Source: Mytilus edulis (lineage: Eukaryota). From it: a DNA stretch of 64,000 nucleotides. The stretch spans positions 82,956,001 to 83,020,000 of the forward strand of contig NC_092349.1 of the NCBI RefSeq assembly GCF_963676685.1. Direction: 5' to 3'. The translations under genes and the position numbers were made by a program. Shown piece after piece: positions 26,339 to 39,029 of this stretch (position 1 is the stretch's first letter; each line of letters begins with the position of its first letter). Under the pieces are notes generated by a model. It did no database searches and was not told the DNA's origin. It saw only the letters and a program-made list of their open reading frames with translations.

Positions 26339-27164
26339 CTAAAATAGATAACAGTCCTATTTGAAAAAGCATGTTGAAATGTCCTATTGTAATGTTTATT
26401 TGTGTATTTCTCTGTCCTGAATGTTCTTGCATTTATTTGTACTGTAGTCCTGTCATGTAATGTTGTCATTTTAGTGTTATATTTAACATTGCCATAAAAG
26501 CGTGAGGTTTGGCTAGCCACAAAACCAGGTCCAACCCACCATTTTTTCTTAAAATGTCCTGTATTAAGTCAGGAAAATGGCAGTTGTTATCTTATAGTTC
26601 GTTTCTGTGTGTGTTGCATTGTAGGTTTGGTTTTTTGATGCACTTCAGTGTTTCTGTTGTTTCTTATAGTTGATGTGTTTACGTCAGTTTTAGTAAGTAA
26701 CCCAGATTTGTTTTCTCTCAATCAATTCATGACTTTTAAACAGTGATATACTACTGTTGCCTTTATTTGCACTTACATGTATCAGTATTTGGCAGACAAT
26801 AACTTTAAATTAATGTTTCATTTTTTTTATACACGTAATAAAATGTGATTATTTTTAAATTGCTTTATAAATTGAAATAATCTGTTCAGTTAAGAATATT
26901 GGATGATATTGTTTTTAACTTTTAATCCAGATTCATGAAGTGCCACTAAAAAAATAACCGCTTACCAAACTTTTTCCAGTTTGAATGGTTTTACTCTAGT
27001 TACGTTTGAGGCCCTTTAAAGCTTGCTTTTTGGTTTGAGCCAAGGCTCTGTCTTGGAGACCGTACTTTGACCTTTAATGGTTTACTTTTACTAATTGTGA
27101 CTCGGATGGAGAGTTGTCTCATTGGCACTCATACCACATCTTCTTATATCTATTAAATACTTAC

Positions 27165-27452
27165 ACTTCTTTCTTCTACGTCATCATTCCGAGTCATGTG
27201 ACCAAAATTTATCACAATGAGATCAATTAGTTCCTGTTTTTCTCTACAACCATCGGTAGAAATATTTCGTTTCATTAGTAAACATTTTAAATCTTTAACT
27301 TTCCACTTAACAAGTTCCTGTCGTGTAAAGGTACCAGTCAGTAAGATACGACATTTCTTACACTGACGAAATGTCTCCTTATTCTGTCCTTTAAGTGATA
27401 ATCTATGTACACAATTTGAACAAAAACATCTTTCACACTCTCGACAAATTTT
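27165..27452 (-). CDS. RNF34: RNF34-like exon (FYVE-like zinc finger, first SAP-like motif)
   Basis: KICRECERCFCSNC...CKKC...WKVKDLKCLLMKRNISTDGCREKQELIDLI; ttttcAG / GTAAGT; 288 nt. Confidence 0.92.
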
Positions 27453-27926
27453 CTGAAAAACAAAATTTAACATACAATTACATTGTATTCTTTTATCTGT
27501 AATTATGGTTGTTATGCAAATGTAACTATAACATGTATAATATAATGATAACATAAATTTTACGATGGAATATGTCTGTTTAAAGAGTCAAATACATGTA
27601 TGGATGTGCTGACACTACTGAATGTGTTTAATAAGCCACTATTTTGTTTCTGAATTCTGGATTTTTTTATATGAGCCAACTTAAAAGTATCATCTAATTA
27701 TAACAATCAAAATGTTCACCAACAATGTTAAGTATACACAGTCACAAGAAAATAATAGAAAATAATCATAAATGGTTCTGAATACGTGTATACAATAATG
27801 AACTTAATACATGTTTGTAATATAAAACCTAATAATTAAAATTGTAGTTGCTCAAGCATGAATTGTAGGTCGTTGCAACAAAATATTATTTAATTGTTTT
27901 ATATTGAGTGAATTAAGTTGCATTAC

Positions 27927-28103
27927 CTTTCTTTTGAATATATTAAAATTCACATTACATGCTTCACATGCCATATCTTTTGGAGAGTTAGATGGATGAG
28001 CGTTTGAGGTAAATTGATTATTTGTTGTGTCTCGTTGTCCTGGCATTGGAGAAAACATGAACACATGTGTGCCTTGTTGACTCCTCACAGCAGCAGCACC
28101 CAT
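27927..28103 (-). CDS. RNF34: RNF34-like first coding exon (exon begins at 28130)
   Basis: MGAAAVRSQQG...MACEACNVNFNIFKRK then AG|GTAATG; supplies the first CxxC of the FYVE-like domain. Confidence 0.88.
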
Positions 28104-28535
28104 ATCAACTTCCTGTCACCAACTCATCTCCTAAAATATAAACAATTAGTTCAAGGTCTCTATACATCAGCATCACCCATAACAGCTTCCTGTCACCAAC
28201 TCATCTCCTATAAAAAACATTAACAATAAATTTAAGGTCACTTTACAGCAGCATCACCCATAACAGCTTCCTGTCACCAATTCATCTCCTAAAAAATATA
28301 AACAATTAATTTGAGGTCTCTATACAGCAGCAGCATCCATAACAGCTTCCTGTCACCAACTCATCTCCTAAAAAAACATGAATAATTAGTTCAAGGTCTT
28401 TATACAGCAGCACGCATATCAACTTCCTGTCACCAACTCATCTCCTGAAAAATATAAACGATTTATTCAAAGTCTCTATACAGCAGTACCCATATCAACT
28501 GCCTGTCATCAACTCATCTCCTAAAAATATAAACA
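28088..28535 (-). repeat. ~78-bp tandem repeat x6 spanning the RNF34 splice acceptor and start codon
   Basis: Unit cagcagcacccatatcaacttcctgtcaccaactcatctcctaaaatataaacaattagttcaaggtctctata with variants. Confidence 0.9.
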
Positions 28536-28836
28536 GTGTGTATAAGTTACATAACATTTGGTTAAGGCAAACTTAAGTTGGAGAACGTAAACTGAAAATT
28601 TTGCATTTTTTTTCCATTTATAAAGGGGCATAACTTTAGACCTTTTAAAGTGACGTCACCAAAACTCAAACTCTGTCTGTGTTTTGTAGACTGGTAATAA
28701 GCATTGTGTATAAGTTTCAGAACATTTGGTGGATACAAACTCAAGTTAGAGTCTAATAGAGAATGGAAACCAATTTCACGACGTACAGATGGATATGGGT
28801 AAAACTTAAATGCCCCCTATGGTGGGGGCATAAAAA
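28536..28836 (-). mobile_element. Truncated Helentron/HINE-like fragment
   Basis: Repeated tgtgtataagtt core motif and terminal hairpin tgccccctatggtgggggcataaaaa like the other HINE ends. Confidence 0.5.
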
Positions 28837-29735
28837 CTAATTAATTTCAGGTCTCTATATATTTGTATAGGTCCAAGATTACTCTGGTGTCCAATGGCTG
28901 TTTTGCCAGACAACTTAGTGAACATCATAGTAATCAAAGACTATATATATACTTATATGTAAGGCATCATAAAGCAATCTTTTTAATTATCACCTTTACT
29001 TTTTTCATGTCATTTCCTTGAAGTTGGACAGGTTCTTTTGTAGTTAATTATAGCAGGTTGTTTTCATGATATTCTATGAAAACTTTATAAACATTGTGTA
29101 ATTCTTCATCATTTTTATCCTATTCATAAATGCACACCAATCATACATACATGTATTTTTTATAAAACATTTTTGTTTTTCAAAAACTTATTATAATATG
29201 TAAGATTATAAAGACAAATAAAGAAGAAAATAAAGAGTATACATTGTACATGGTATATCATGTATATAAGAATATTACTACAGGTTCTTGAAATGCAAAA
29301 GTTTTGTATACATACATGTATTGTACAGTCTCATCGTTAAGCTAGCAAGCAATCAGTCATTTCTAATTTTCTAATTGATTTAATACAGAATGTAGTATTC
29401 AGGAAACTTTTCTAATTATATACATGTATGTATGTATCACAGTTCTTTTGGGTAGTTTGCTTTTTCATGTGTAAACATAATTTTTAAGTATATATTCATA
29501 AACACAATTTCTCAGCAACAAAGCAGGTACTGCACACCACTTGTATCATTTCTAATATATCAAGGGTAAATACAAGTAGTTCTGACAGAAATATTTTTTT
29601 CATTGGTGCGATATAGCACTCATTTCATTATTTTGATGATGTTAACTTTTATATTTTGTTGCTTAGCTATTGGTTTTATAGGCGTTTAATTCAAATAGTG
29701 TTATCCCATATAATCCCTGTAAATACTTTGATTCA

Positions 29736-30442
29736 GGGTCCGTTTGCCCTAGTACATGTATCTGTTCACCCTGAAATCTGTTCGTCCCCGGGTCCATTGG
29801 CCCTGATTTTTATTTTTTTCTAATTGTTGTCTAGTCGCATAATTTTAAGTATTTGAGCAAAATATGTTAAAGTTTGTTGAAAAATTAACGGATATTTATA
29901 TTGCCGTAATCAATTTATCATTTTCCCTTTCATTTGAAAAGTAGAATACTGGAATACAATGTATTTATCTGTTTATCTTTATTGATATTTGTTAACAAAA
30001 TAATTGTATTCAGTCAATCACGAATGTTTGCAGTATAACTGAGACTAGTCATAGTATAATAATAAATGAACTTGTAAATCTGTTTCATGATTTACATGTA
30101 CAGTTTCATGATTTACAGTTCATACATCATAGTTTTTAAATAATTTCAAGCTGAATATTTTATCAAAATAAAACGTTTTTATTATTAATCCATCAAAAGA
30201 CAAGTATCACAATAATCAGTGATCCAAATTATTTTGTCATTGAACAATTAATGATCCTAAACAAGCCATAAACTTTTAAATATTTCCATGTTTCCATAAA
30301 TTTCAAGAATATATATAACATAGAAATATCTGAATAAGTTTATTCAACTTCAATGCCCTGAATATTAATATTTTTAGTCGGTCTAATGGATTCTATGGGC
30401 GAACGAACTCAGGGGGAACATGTTATTAGGGCGCACGGACCC
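29736..30442. mobile_element. Non-autonomous TIR element
   Basis: TIRs gggtccgtttgccctagta / tattagggcgcacggaccc with subterminal gttcgccc-like repeats; no clear TSD. Confidence 0.55.
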
Positions 30443-30931
30443 AATACCAAACACTTAGATGCAAAGCATGACGGACAACTAATAAAAGTGTTTTCTATTT
30501 CTAGATAAGACGACTTTCAAATTTGTGCATTACCCTGTGCATTTCCTATGTCACTGTACAATTTGACTGTTGAATGACGACATTTACATCAAATCAACGT
30601 TCTCATTCATCGAAAAAACAACATAAGACTTGACCAACACTATAAATATGATAGATATATTTTGGCCATTTTGGGGTGAGGAGTGGAGAAATACCTGCAG
30701 TTTTCATATTGCTTTCTTTTTAACCAAATGAAATCTTTATATAAATGTCCTGACCATTAAATAACCAATTTTAAGATATATTTTGAGGGCCATTCAAAGT
30801 TCTATATTCCATAAGGTTGACGTCAACATTATTTCATAATGTGCACATTGATGACCGTCCTTGGCTTTTATTTTTCTGAATAAAGACCAGATTTAAGACT
30901 AGAATGTCCTATCACATTTATTCGTAATTAC

Positions 30932-31080
30932 CATTTTCTAATGACAGACTAAAATAAGAAGAAAGAAGAAGAAGAAAGACACATCAACTACCAGACTGCA
31001 GACAGACAAATGTATTCTACTTCCTGTAACTACGTAAATCGTCTGGGTCATTCACACGCTCTTGACAGGTGCGCGATAAA
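30932..31080 (-). promoter_or_regulatory. Candidate RNF34 promoter / non-coding first exon
   Basis: Non-repetitive segment with ETS-like caggaagt (31026-31019) and candidate donor ATG|GTAATT at ~30931; an upstream exon is required because the ATG exon has an acceptor. Confidence 0.3.
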
Positions 31081-32515
31081 GATGTTCCGAATGACAGAAG
31101 TTTGTTAAGCGGGAATATTTAAAAAAAATAACCTTCATGCACATAGACAATTGTCTCTGAAAAAAGAGAACTTGAAGTGTCTGTCTGCACTGAGTTGAAT
31201 TATCTATAAAATATAGCTTTTGTTAGTTTATATAGACGTCTATGCCTTAACCTTGCAGGTCACTCATCATTTTGGGGTGACCAAGAAATCGCATTTATAA
31301 ATCACTGTATTATGCAAATATAATCCAGCCAGGGACTTTCTATTCTATATTTAGTATAGAAAGTCCCTGTATAATCACATAACCATTAATCATTTTTAAA
31401 CAAGATAATCAAGGAATGAAACAAAAAAGTCCTAGATTATCAGATAACCAAGTAATCATAAAATATTTGGTCCGGTAATCAATAATCCCTTTAAAAACCG
31501 CCAAGTACTCACATAATAAATTCAAAAAACACACGAGGAAGCACTGTCATGGGGGATATTTCTTTACTATTACTTAGTGATAAATTTACAAGATCAATTT
31601 GATTCATCGTGTGAACCAGAAGAACCAGAAGTTATCTTAGAATCTCTTAATATCTCTAAAACGAATTTTCTTATCCATGTAAACTACCAGGTCTTATTAT
31701 CAACTAGTACATTGTAAATCTGGTCTATCTAACAGTACCCATTATTAGCCTATTCAAGTTTGTAGAGGAATAGAAAAGGTGGGATGGGCAAACTAGGGGG
31801 TTTGTTATTTAACATGTTAATAACACCTCGATTTTGGCAAACTGAACAGTTAACAAATGCAAAAACCAGTGCTGATAACAGTGCACAGTGGGTTGAAAAC
31901 AGTTAACAGTTTAGATTTATCTCAGATGACAGTTAACAACGCCTTAAAAAAAGGCCAAAAACAAGTTAACATAAAAAGGTATTGCCCCCATCATGGAAGT
32001 TAGCCTACATACATATTAAAAAAAGTTCTTATCTTTAATATCTAAAGGTAGAATGATAAGTTAACAGATGTGAAACTGAGATTATTTTAAGACGTGAGTA
32101 ATTTTATTCTCGGTGTGACTATATCTAGATTGAATGATGTAGAAAGGTATAGTTTATTTGCTTGCCGTTTTCAGTTTTGAGATCATTGGGATATTTCCTC
32201 AGCTGATTTTCATAAAGTTATCTCCCTCTAGTGATGTACACTAACTTATGACATACTGTTGCATGAACACCAGCCTGCATTTTCTCCAATCGAATTTTCT
32301 TATACCTGGGAATAGTATTTATCTACCAATATATATGTTCCTGCTTATGCTAGTTTTTACCCTGATTTTTCCAAAAATTATATACTAGTACATTGTCTAT
32401 AGTTTTCATAAATTATACAAGAAAATCAACGTTTTGTGAATATAAAGAAATCTATGATAGAATTTTAAAGTGAATATTAAAAAAAAACATTTCAAATATG
32501 ATAAATTTATAAGAA

Positions 32516-32825
32516 AACAAGAATGTGTCCATAGTACACGGATGTTAATTGGACCGTGAAATTGGGGTCAAAACTCTTAATTGGTATTAAAACTAGAAAG
32601 ACCATAATAGCATAGGGAACATGTGTACTAAGTTTCAAGTTGATTAAACTTCAACTTCATCAAAAACTACCGTAGTTTTTGATGAATTTGAAGTCTAATC
32701 AACTTGAAAAGGCTTGACCAAAAACTTTAACCTGAAGCGGGACAGACGGACGGACGAACGGACGAACGGACGGGCAAACGGACGCACAGACCAGAAAACA
32801 TAATGCCCATAAATGGAGTATTAAA
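32516..32825 (-). mobile_element. Helentron/HINE element family 2 with internal inverted duplication
   Basis: Homologous to 9288-9919; extra fold-back segment 32672-32709. Confidence 0.7.
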
Positions 32826-33307
32826 AATGGTGTAACTAACACGTTTCTTGCTAGAAGTGGAAAATGAAAATTTCATCATTTTTTTTACTAGAATGGTTAT
32901 CTCCCCGTTTATTTCAATAATAGAATCAAACAAAAACTTCAATTTTAAATTTGTACTTGTGAATAAAGTATCAAAAAGGACACAATTCACTATTTTTCAT
33001 GATAATAAAAGTCTTACAAATTAATTGATAATTTCTTTCAAAATTTGCAGACTTCAACAAGGAACAAGACTGATTATTTACAGCTGAGACTACTATAACA
33101 CATAAGTAGTCTCAGTTTAGAGCAAAGTTATAACCCAAAATGGTGGTATACTGTTTTTCTAAATTATGCATATATTCCACCTACAGAAACACCAGTCTGC
33201 GTTATTTTACGGTCTTTTACGGTTTACAAATAAAGTTTATACTGTTGATGAATTTGAGAATTGACAAATACTAGGCGTATATATAAATCTTTTACATCAT
33301 CGTATCA

Positions 33308-36300
33308 GTTGTCAGATTAAAGAAGCTAGACTCCTAAAAGGAAAAAGAGGAAAAGAGGATGTAAATAATTTTAATGGTAAAAAGGTTTTTAAAAATGTAA
33401 AAACAGATAATTTTACAGTTTTACCCAAATTGAGCTGTATATACACAAATGCAGACCAGTTATTTAACAAGCTGCCTGAACTAACAGTACGAACACGAGA
33501 TGACAAACCAAAAATAATTGGTATCACAGAGGTTAAACCAAAAAATAATCGTTATAAACCAGGTATCTCAGAATATTCTTTAGCCGAGGTATCTGACTAC
33601 AACATGTTTGGTAAAAACCTAGACGTCGACACAGGCAGAGGTCTTTTATTGTACATAGATAAACAACTGGACGCATCACAGGTCCATATGAATACAGAAT
33701 TCCAAGAAAACTTATTTATTAAGATTAATTTAAATCAGTCAGACCAGCTATTATTAGGCTTGATATACAGGTCACCATCAAATAGATCACAAGAGTACAC
33801 TAAACAATTAAATTTACTTACTACTGAAGCGTGTAATAAAGGCTACTCACATATCTTAATAATGGGAGATTATAATTATCCAGAAATAAACTGGGATAGT
33901 TGGAATTCACCAGGTGATAGTACAGAAAGTAATGAATACAGATTTTTAGAAAATCTACAAGAAAATTTCTTATTTCAACATGTTACAAGACCAACAAGAT
34001 GGAGAGGCACCAATACACCGCATACCCTGGACCTGATTTTAACCAATGAGGAGAATATGGTCTCAAATTTAGAATACCAAAGTCCACTAGGGAAAAGTGA
34101 TCACTGTACCATGAAATTTGACTTCAATTGCTACACAAATATTAAAAGCAAACCTAAATTAATTAAATTATTCAGTAAAGGAAACTACATAAAAATTAAA
34201 GAAGAATTAAATAAAATTAAATGGCCAGAATTACTACAGAAAGAAAATGATATAAATGAAAACTGGAAATCAGTTTTAAGTATAATCCAAGATATGGACA
34301 AAAAGTATATACCAACAAAAGAAAGGAAACAAATCGGTAGAGGGAAAAATAATTTCCCAATGGACAAAAACACCATAGATAAAATTAAAAGGAAAAACAT
34401 CCTGTCAAAAAAGATTACCCATAATAACGACCCAGAAGTAAGGAAGGAATACAATAAGATAAGGAATCAAGTAAAAAGTAGGGTAAATAAGTTGAAGAGG
34501 GAATATGAGAAAAATCTATCAGAAAAAGCTAAAGAAAACCCTAAAGCTATCTGGAGCTATATCAAATCAAAAACAAAAACCAAAGAAGGAATTGGGGACT
34601 TACATTTGGATCCAGAAGACACAAAATCAGATAAAAACGGAAGATAACAGCAAAAAGGCCAAATTACTAGTAGAATACTTTTCCAGTGTCTTCACAAAGG
34701 AACCTGACGGCAAGGTACCATCACCAACGCCTGTATTAGTAACTAATGATATGCCATATCAAAAAATTAAGGAAGAAGTAGTGCTGAGACATTTAAATGC
34801 ATTAAAAATAGACAAATCTCCAGGGATGGATAAACTACACCCCAGACTGTTAAAAGAGATCGCTGAATCATTGGCAAAACCTTTATGTATCATTTATAAT
34901 CAATCACTTGAAAGTAAGACTGTACCTAACGATTGGAAGAATGCTATGATAAGTGCAATATTTAAAAAGGGTAATAAGTCACTAGCCAAAAACTATAGAC
35001 CAGTCAGTTTGACATCAGTAGTATGTAAAATAATGGAGAAAATATTACGTGAATTTATAATAGAGCATATGAAAAAGAACAACCTATTCTCTAAAAAGCA
35101 ATATGGATTTATTGCAGGAAGGTCAACTGGTCTCCAATTATTAGAAGTGATTGATAAATGGACAGAGGCACTAGATCAAGGATTAGACATAGACTGCATT
35201 TATACAGACTTTATGAAGGCCTTTGATAAGGTACCACATAAAAGATTAATAGCCAAAATCAAAAATCTAGGTGTCCACGAGGATATAGTAGGGTGGATAA
35301 CGAGCTTTTTAGAAGATAGGAAACAAAAGGTCGTAGTGAATGGTGAAGAGTCAGACTGGGCTAACGTTACATCTGGGATACCCCAAGGATCAGTATTAGG
35401 ACCACTACTATTTGTTTTATATATAAATGATCTCCCAGACCAAGTAGATTCTGATGCATACCTATTTGCAGATGACACTAAGATCTTCAGAATAATTAAA
35501 ACACAAAATGACAGACAAATTTTACAAGAAGATCTAAATAAGATGGAATCCTGGAGTGACAAATGGCTACTAAAATTTCACCCAGAAAAATGTAAATATA
35601 TGAAAATAAGTAAGAAATCTAATAGCACTGACCATCCACCAATCTATAACCTACTAAATCAGCCTATAGCACAAGTTAAAGAGGAAAAAGATATCGGAGT
35701 CCTCATTGATGCAGAACTCACATTCGAAAACCACATTAGTGAAAAAGTGAACAAAGCAAACTCCATATTCGCAGTTCTTAGAAGAACATTTAAATACCTG
35801 GGAATAGAAACATTCATGCCACTATACAAAACCATGGTTAGAACACACCTAGATTATGCCAGCTCAGTCTGGTCCCCATACAAAAAGAAAGATATAGACA
35901 AAATAGAAGGTGTTCAAAGAAGGGTAACAAAACAACTACCAGGGCTGAAAGACATGAGCTACCCAGAGAGACTAAAAAAACTAGGCTTACCTACATTATC
36001 CTATAGGAGAATAAGAGGAGACATGATCGAAACCTTCAAAACAATGAATGGATACTACGACAAAGAAGTTAGCTCATTTTTAAGAAAGGCAGAAGATTCT
36101 CAACAAAGATGTAGTAGTAGGACAAACAGCAATAAAGTAGTTCATCAAAGATTCCAATCTAATATCCGTAAACACTCTTTCTCTGTTAGAATTGCTAAAA
36201 CCTGGAACAAACTACCAGATAAAATAACAAAGTCACCATCGATAAATTCATTCAAAAATCGACTAGACAAATATTGGTCAGACGAAGAATTATACTATAA

Positions 36301-36430
36301 TGACTATAGAGCAGAAATATCCGGAAGTCACGGTCAAAATAGTATAAGAAACACATTAAATTACGAGTCTGGTGAAGAGGAACCTTGAGGGATCCTGTAC
36401 TGGAAATCAACTATAAGTAACTATAAGTAA
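33308..36430 (+). mobile_element. CR1-clade LINE, 5'-truncated (no ORF1), ORF2 APE endonuclease + RT split by one frameshift
   Basis: APE motifs (YTNAD, GITEVK, MGDYNYP, LDLILTN, SDH) in 33430-34647; RT motifs (DFMKAFDKVPH, SGIPQGSVLGP, LFADDTK) in 34505-36388; 3' tail (aactataagt)x2; candidate TSD gtatca 33302-33307 / 36431-36436. Confidence 0.92.
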
Positions 36431-36649
36431 GTATCATTAGCTTCCTATACATAATTTTCCGTTCACTGATGTTTCTATATACGATCATCAGATAATAAAG
36501 TTAAGAATCATTGGTAATTCGAAAAATAATTAGATCTTGGTCATGAAAAATTTAAAATTTTCAATAATCTAGTCAAAATTATATATAATGTCGTGTCTTT
36601 AATACTAGTCTAAATAAATTTGAGTACAAGCATTGTCACAATCGGGTGT

Positions 36650-37005
36650 TTTCACTAAGGTCCGCGTGTCCTTCGTGTTTCCGATGAGGTCCCGCCGCCT
36701 GTCATTTTACATAGTTTTTCAAAGTGTTTTCATTGATGTTAATAGTGGATAGAATAATTTTGGAATAAACTATAATGTTTTCTGTTTACGTTTTAGTCGA
36801 TATTATGAAATGAGCTATAAACTAAACCCGCCAGCTTTTCATGATCCTGACAGTGTTTTTCGATCAGCGGGTTTATAGATTGGCGAATCTAGATCAAGAC
36901 GAAGCTTGTAAAAACGTGTGTTTTCATATTCACTACCAGAGAAGAATATAGATTTGCAATCATTTTCTGCGCTCTATCCACCTTCTATACAAGATTTTGA
37001 TAATG
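36650..37005 (+). promoter_or_regulatory. Candidate promoter / non-coding first exon of the zinc-finger gene
   Basis: Locally CpG-richer unique sequence ending in ATG|GTAAGA (GT at 37006-37007); the ATG exon has an acceptor at 45403-45404, so an upstream exon is needed. Confidence 0.4.
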
Positions 37006-38924
37006 GTAAGAATAAATTACATATATCTGCGCATTAAAGCATCATTTTATTATTTTTAACAGCATAAATTCATGGGAATCTCGACAGCCTTGTACTTTGT
37101 TTATCTGTTTATCTACTTCCTTAGTGGAAATATATCAATCATATTATAGATGATTTATGCGAAACAGACGAACAATAACTATTATTTAAAATTAATATGC
37201 AATTTTTGTTTCTATTGACAATCGTGCTAGTCGCACAAAACTCATAATTAATGTGTTTATTAGGACTTACAACATGTACAAATTCTATAAGTGTTCAGCA
37301 GATGCACTCTTATTGACTTCAACTTGATAAAACAGATCATAGATGTAATATTACATCTATGAACAGATGAAATAGAATAATAATCCCTTTTGGAGAAATT
37401 TTCTGATTTTGCCAGCCAAGCAAAAGACACAGAATTTCAAAAGGGATAAGAAGAATACCAATTTAAACTGTCACATGGTATTCTATTCAGTGAAGCAAGA
37501 GTTGCTCTGCTCTGTCAAAACCTTTAAACACATAATGACAAAATTATATGGTTAACTAATTTGAAAAAAAAAATCAATTTTCTTGAACATGTAGAGACCA
37601 GTTGCTCAAATGCATCACATTATGACATGTATGACACATTTATAGGAATATATTTTTTTACAAAAATTTGTTATTTTGAATTTTTAAACAAAAAAGATAT
37701 AAAGTAAAAAAACTTTAATTTTTGATTTTTTCATATTTGAGCCCTTTACAGCTTTGTGTTTACTAATTGTAACGGATGGAAATTTGTCTCTTTTGCACTT
37801 ATAACATGTATAATACATCTTTTAATATCTAGCTCTGTTTCATGTCCCCTTCCATTCTTAAATTTTCTAATCAATATAAATGTAACAATTTTTATATTAA
37901 TAAATTTGGTTAAGCACTGCAAGCCTTAAACAAGTTCAGAAATTTTTATGTAGGAACTATAAACAGGTAAAGATTGATATTCAGAACTAGGTCACCACTG
38001 GTGTTCCAATTAATGGGTATTGAACCATAGACCAGGTCTGGTATCACATAACATTTGGTTATTTGTTGTGTAATAAAAAATTCATGATGTGCAAATAAAT
38101 GTGAATAGCAACAAATTCCCTTTTAAGACCATAATTTGTAAAAGAACTCAATAAAAGTTGATGACCTCATGTCTAAAGATTATATATTTCATAAGTTCAT
38201 TAACTTTTCTTTTGATGATATTTAGTCATGTCTAGAGGCAAAATATGTTGGCTTTACATCCTCGGCGCCATACCAGCGATATTCTGAAATCCAAAACTTT
38301 AAGTAGGACAATATAAATGATACATGTGTTTCCTCTAATGTGTTTTAAAAAAATATGTTAGGTAGATAGTTTTTTATTTTACAAACATCTTTTAGCTGGT
38401 TACTATAATGGAATCAGTCTGACTTTAACAGTGCTTGTTTAAAATGGCATAAATAATGTTAGGGTAGGCACTTTAAATTAGGATATGTATGCATTTGGTA
38501 GGGTTAGAGGAAACACATGTATTATTATTACATGCATTGGATATTGATAACTGATTTGGGGTAAAATACACATGTTCAAAATATATCTAAAAATTGGAAT
38601 AATTCCTGTTTATGTGGAGAGTACACAACTTGATAAAAATCCAGAATATTTCCCTAATCTATTTGAAATGATTTTGCAGTTAAAATAAAGTCCATTTGTA
38701 TGTTAGAATTTATTAATTGAGAAACAAGTTCAAGTTCTTTGGTTCAGGATGTATCATGATATCTTCCTCCTTCAAGGGAGCACCATTTAGTGCCAACCAA
38801 TGTACATGTATCTATTGTTGAACTGTATTTTATTATCAGTGTTTGTTTCCATTTCCTTTTTAAAAAAATATGCTATTTTTGTCGGTAGAATTCTAATATA
38901 TATCAAAAAGAAATTGTTATCTTG

Positions 38925-39029
38925 GGAACATGTGAAGCTATTGTGATTATAAAACATAATTCCCTGGTAAATTCCCTGGTAAATTACCAGGGAATTATGT
39001 TTTATAATCACAATAGCTTCACATGTTCC
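38925..39029. repeat. Perfect inverted repeat, 46-bp arms, 13-nt loop
   Basis: 38925-38970 is the exact reverse complement of 38984-39029. Confidence 0.95.

Noticed and set aside
34625-34650. Programmed ribosomal frameshift in CR1 ORF2
   Set aside because: CR1 ORF2 is normally one frame; a 1-bp homopolymer indel (mutation or sequencing error) is simpler.
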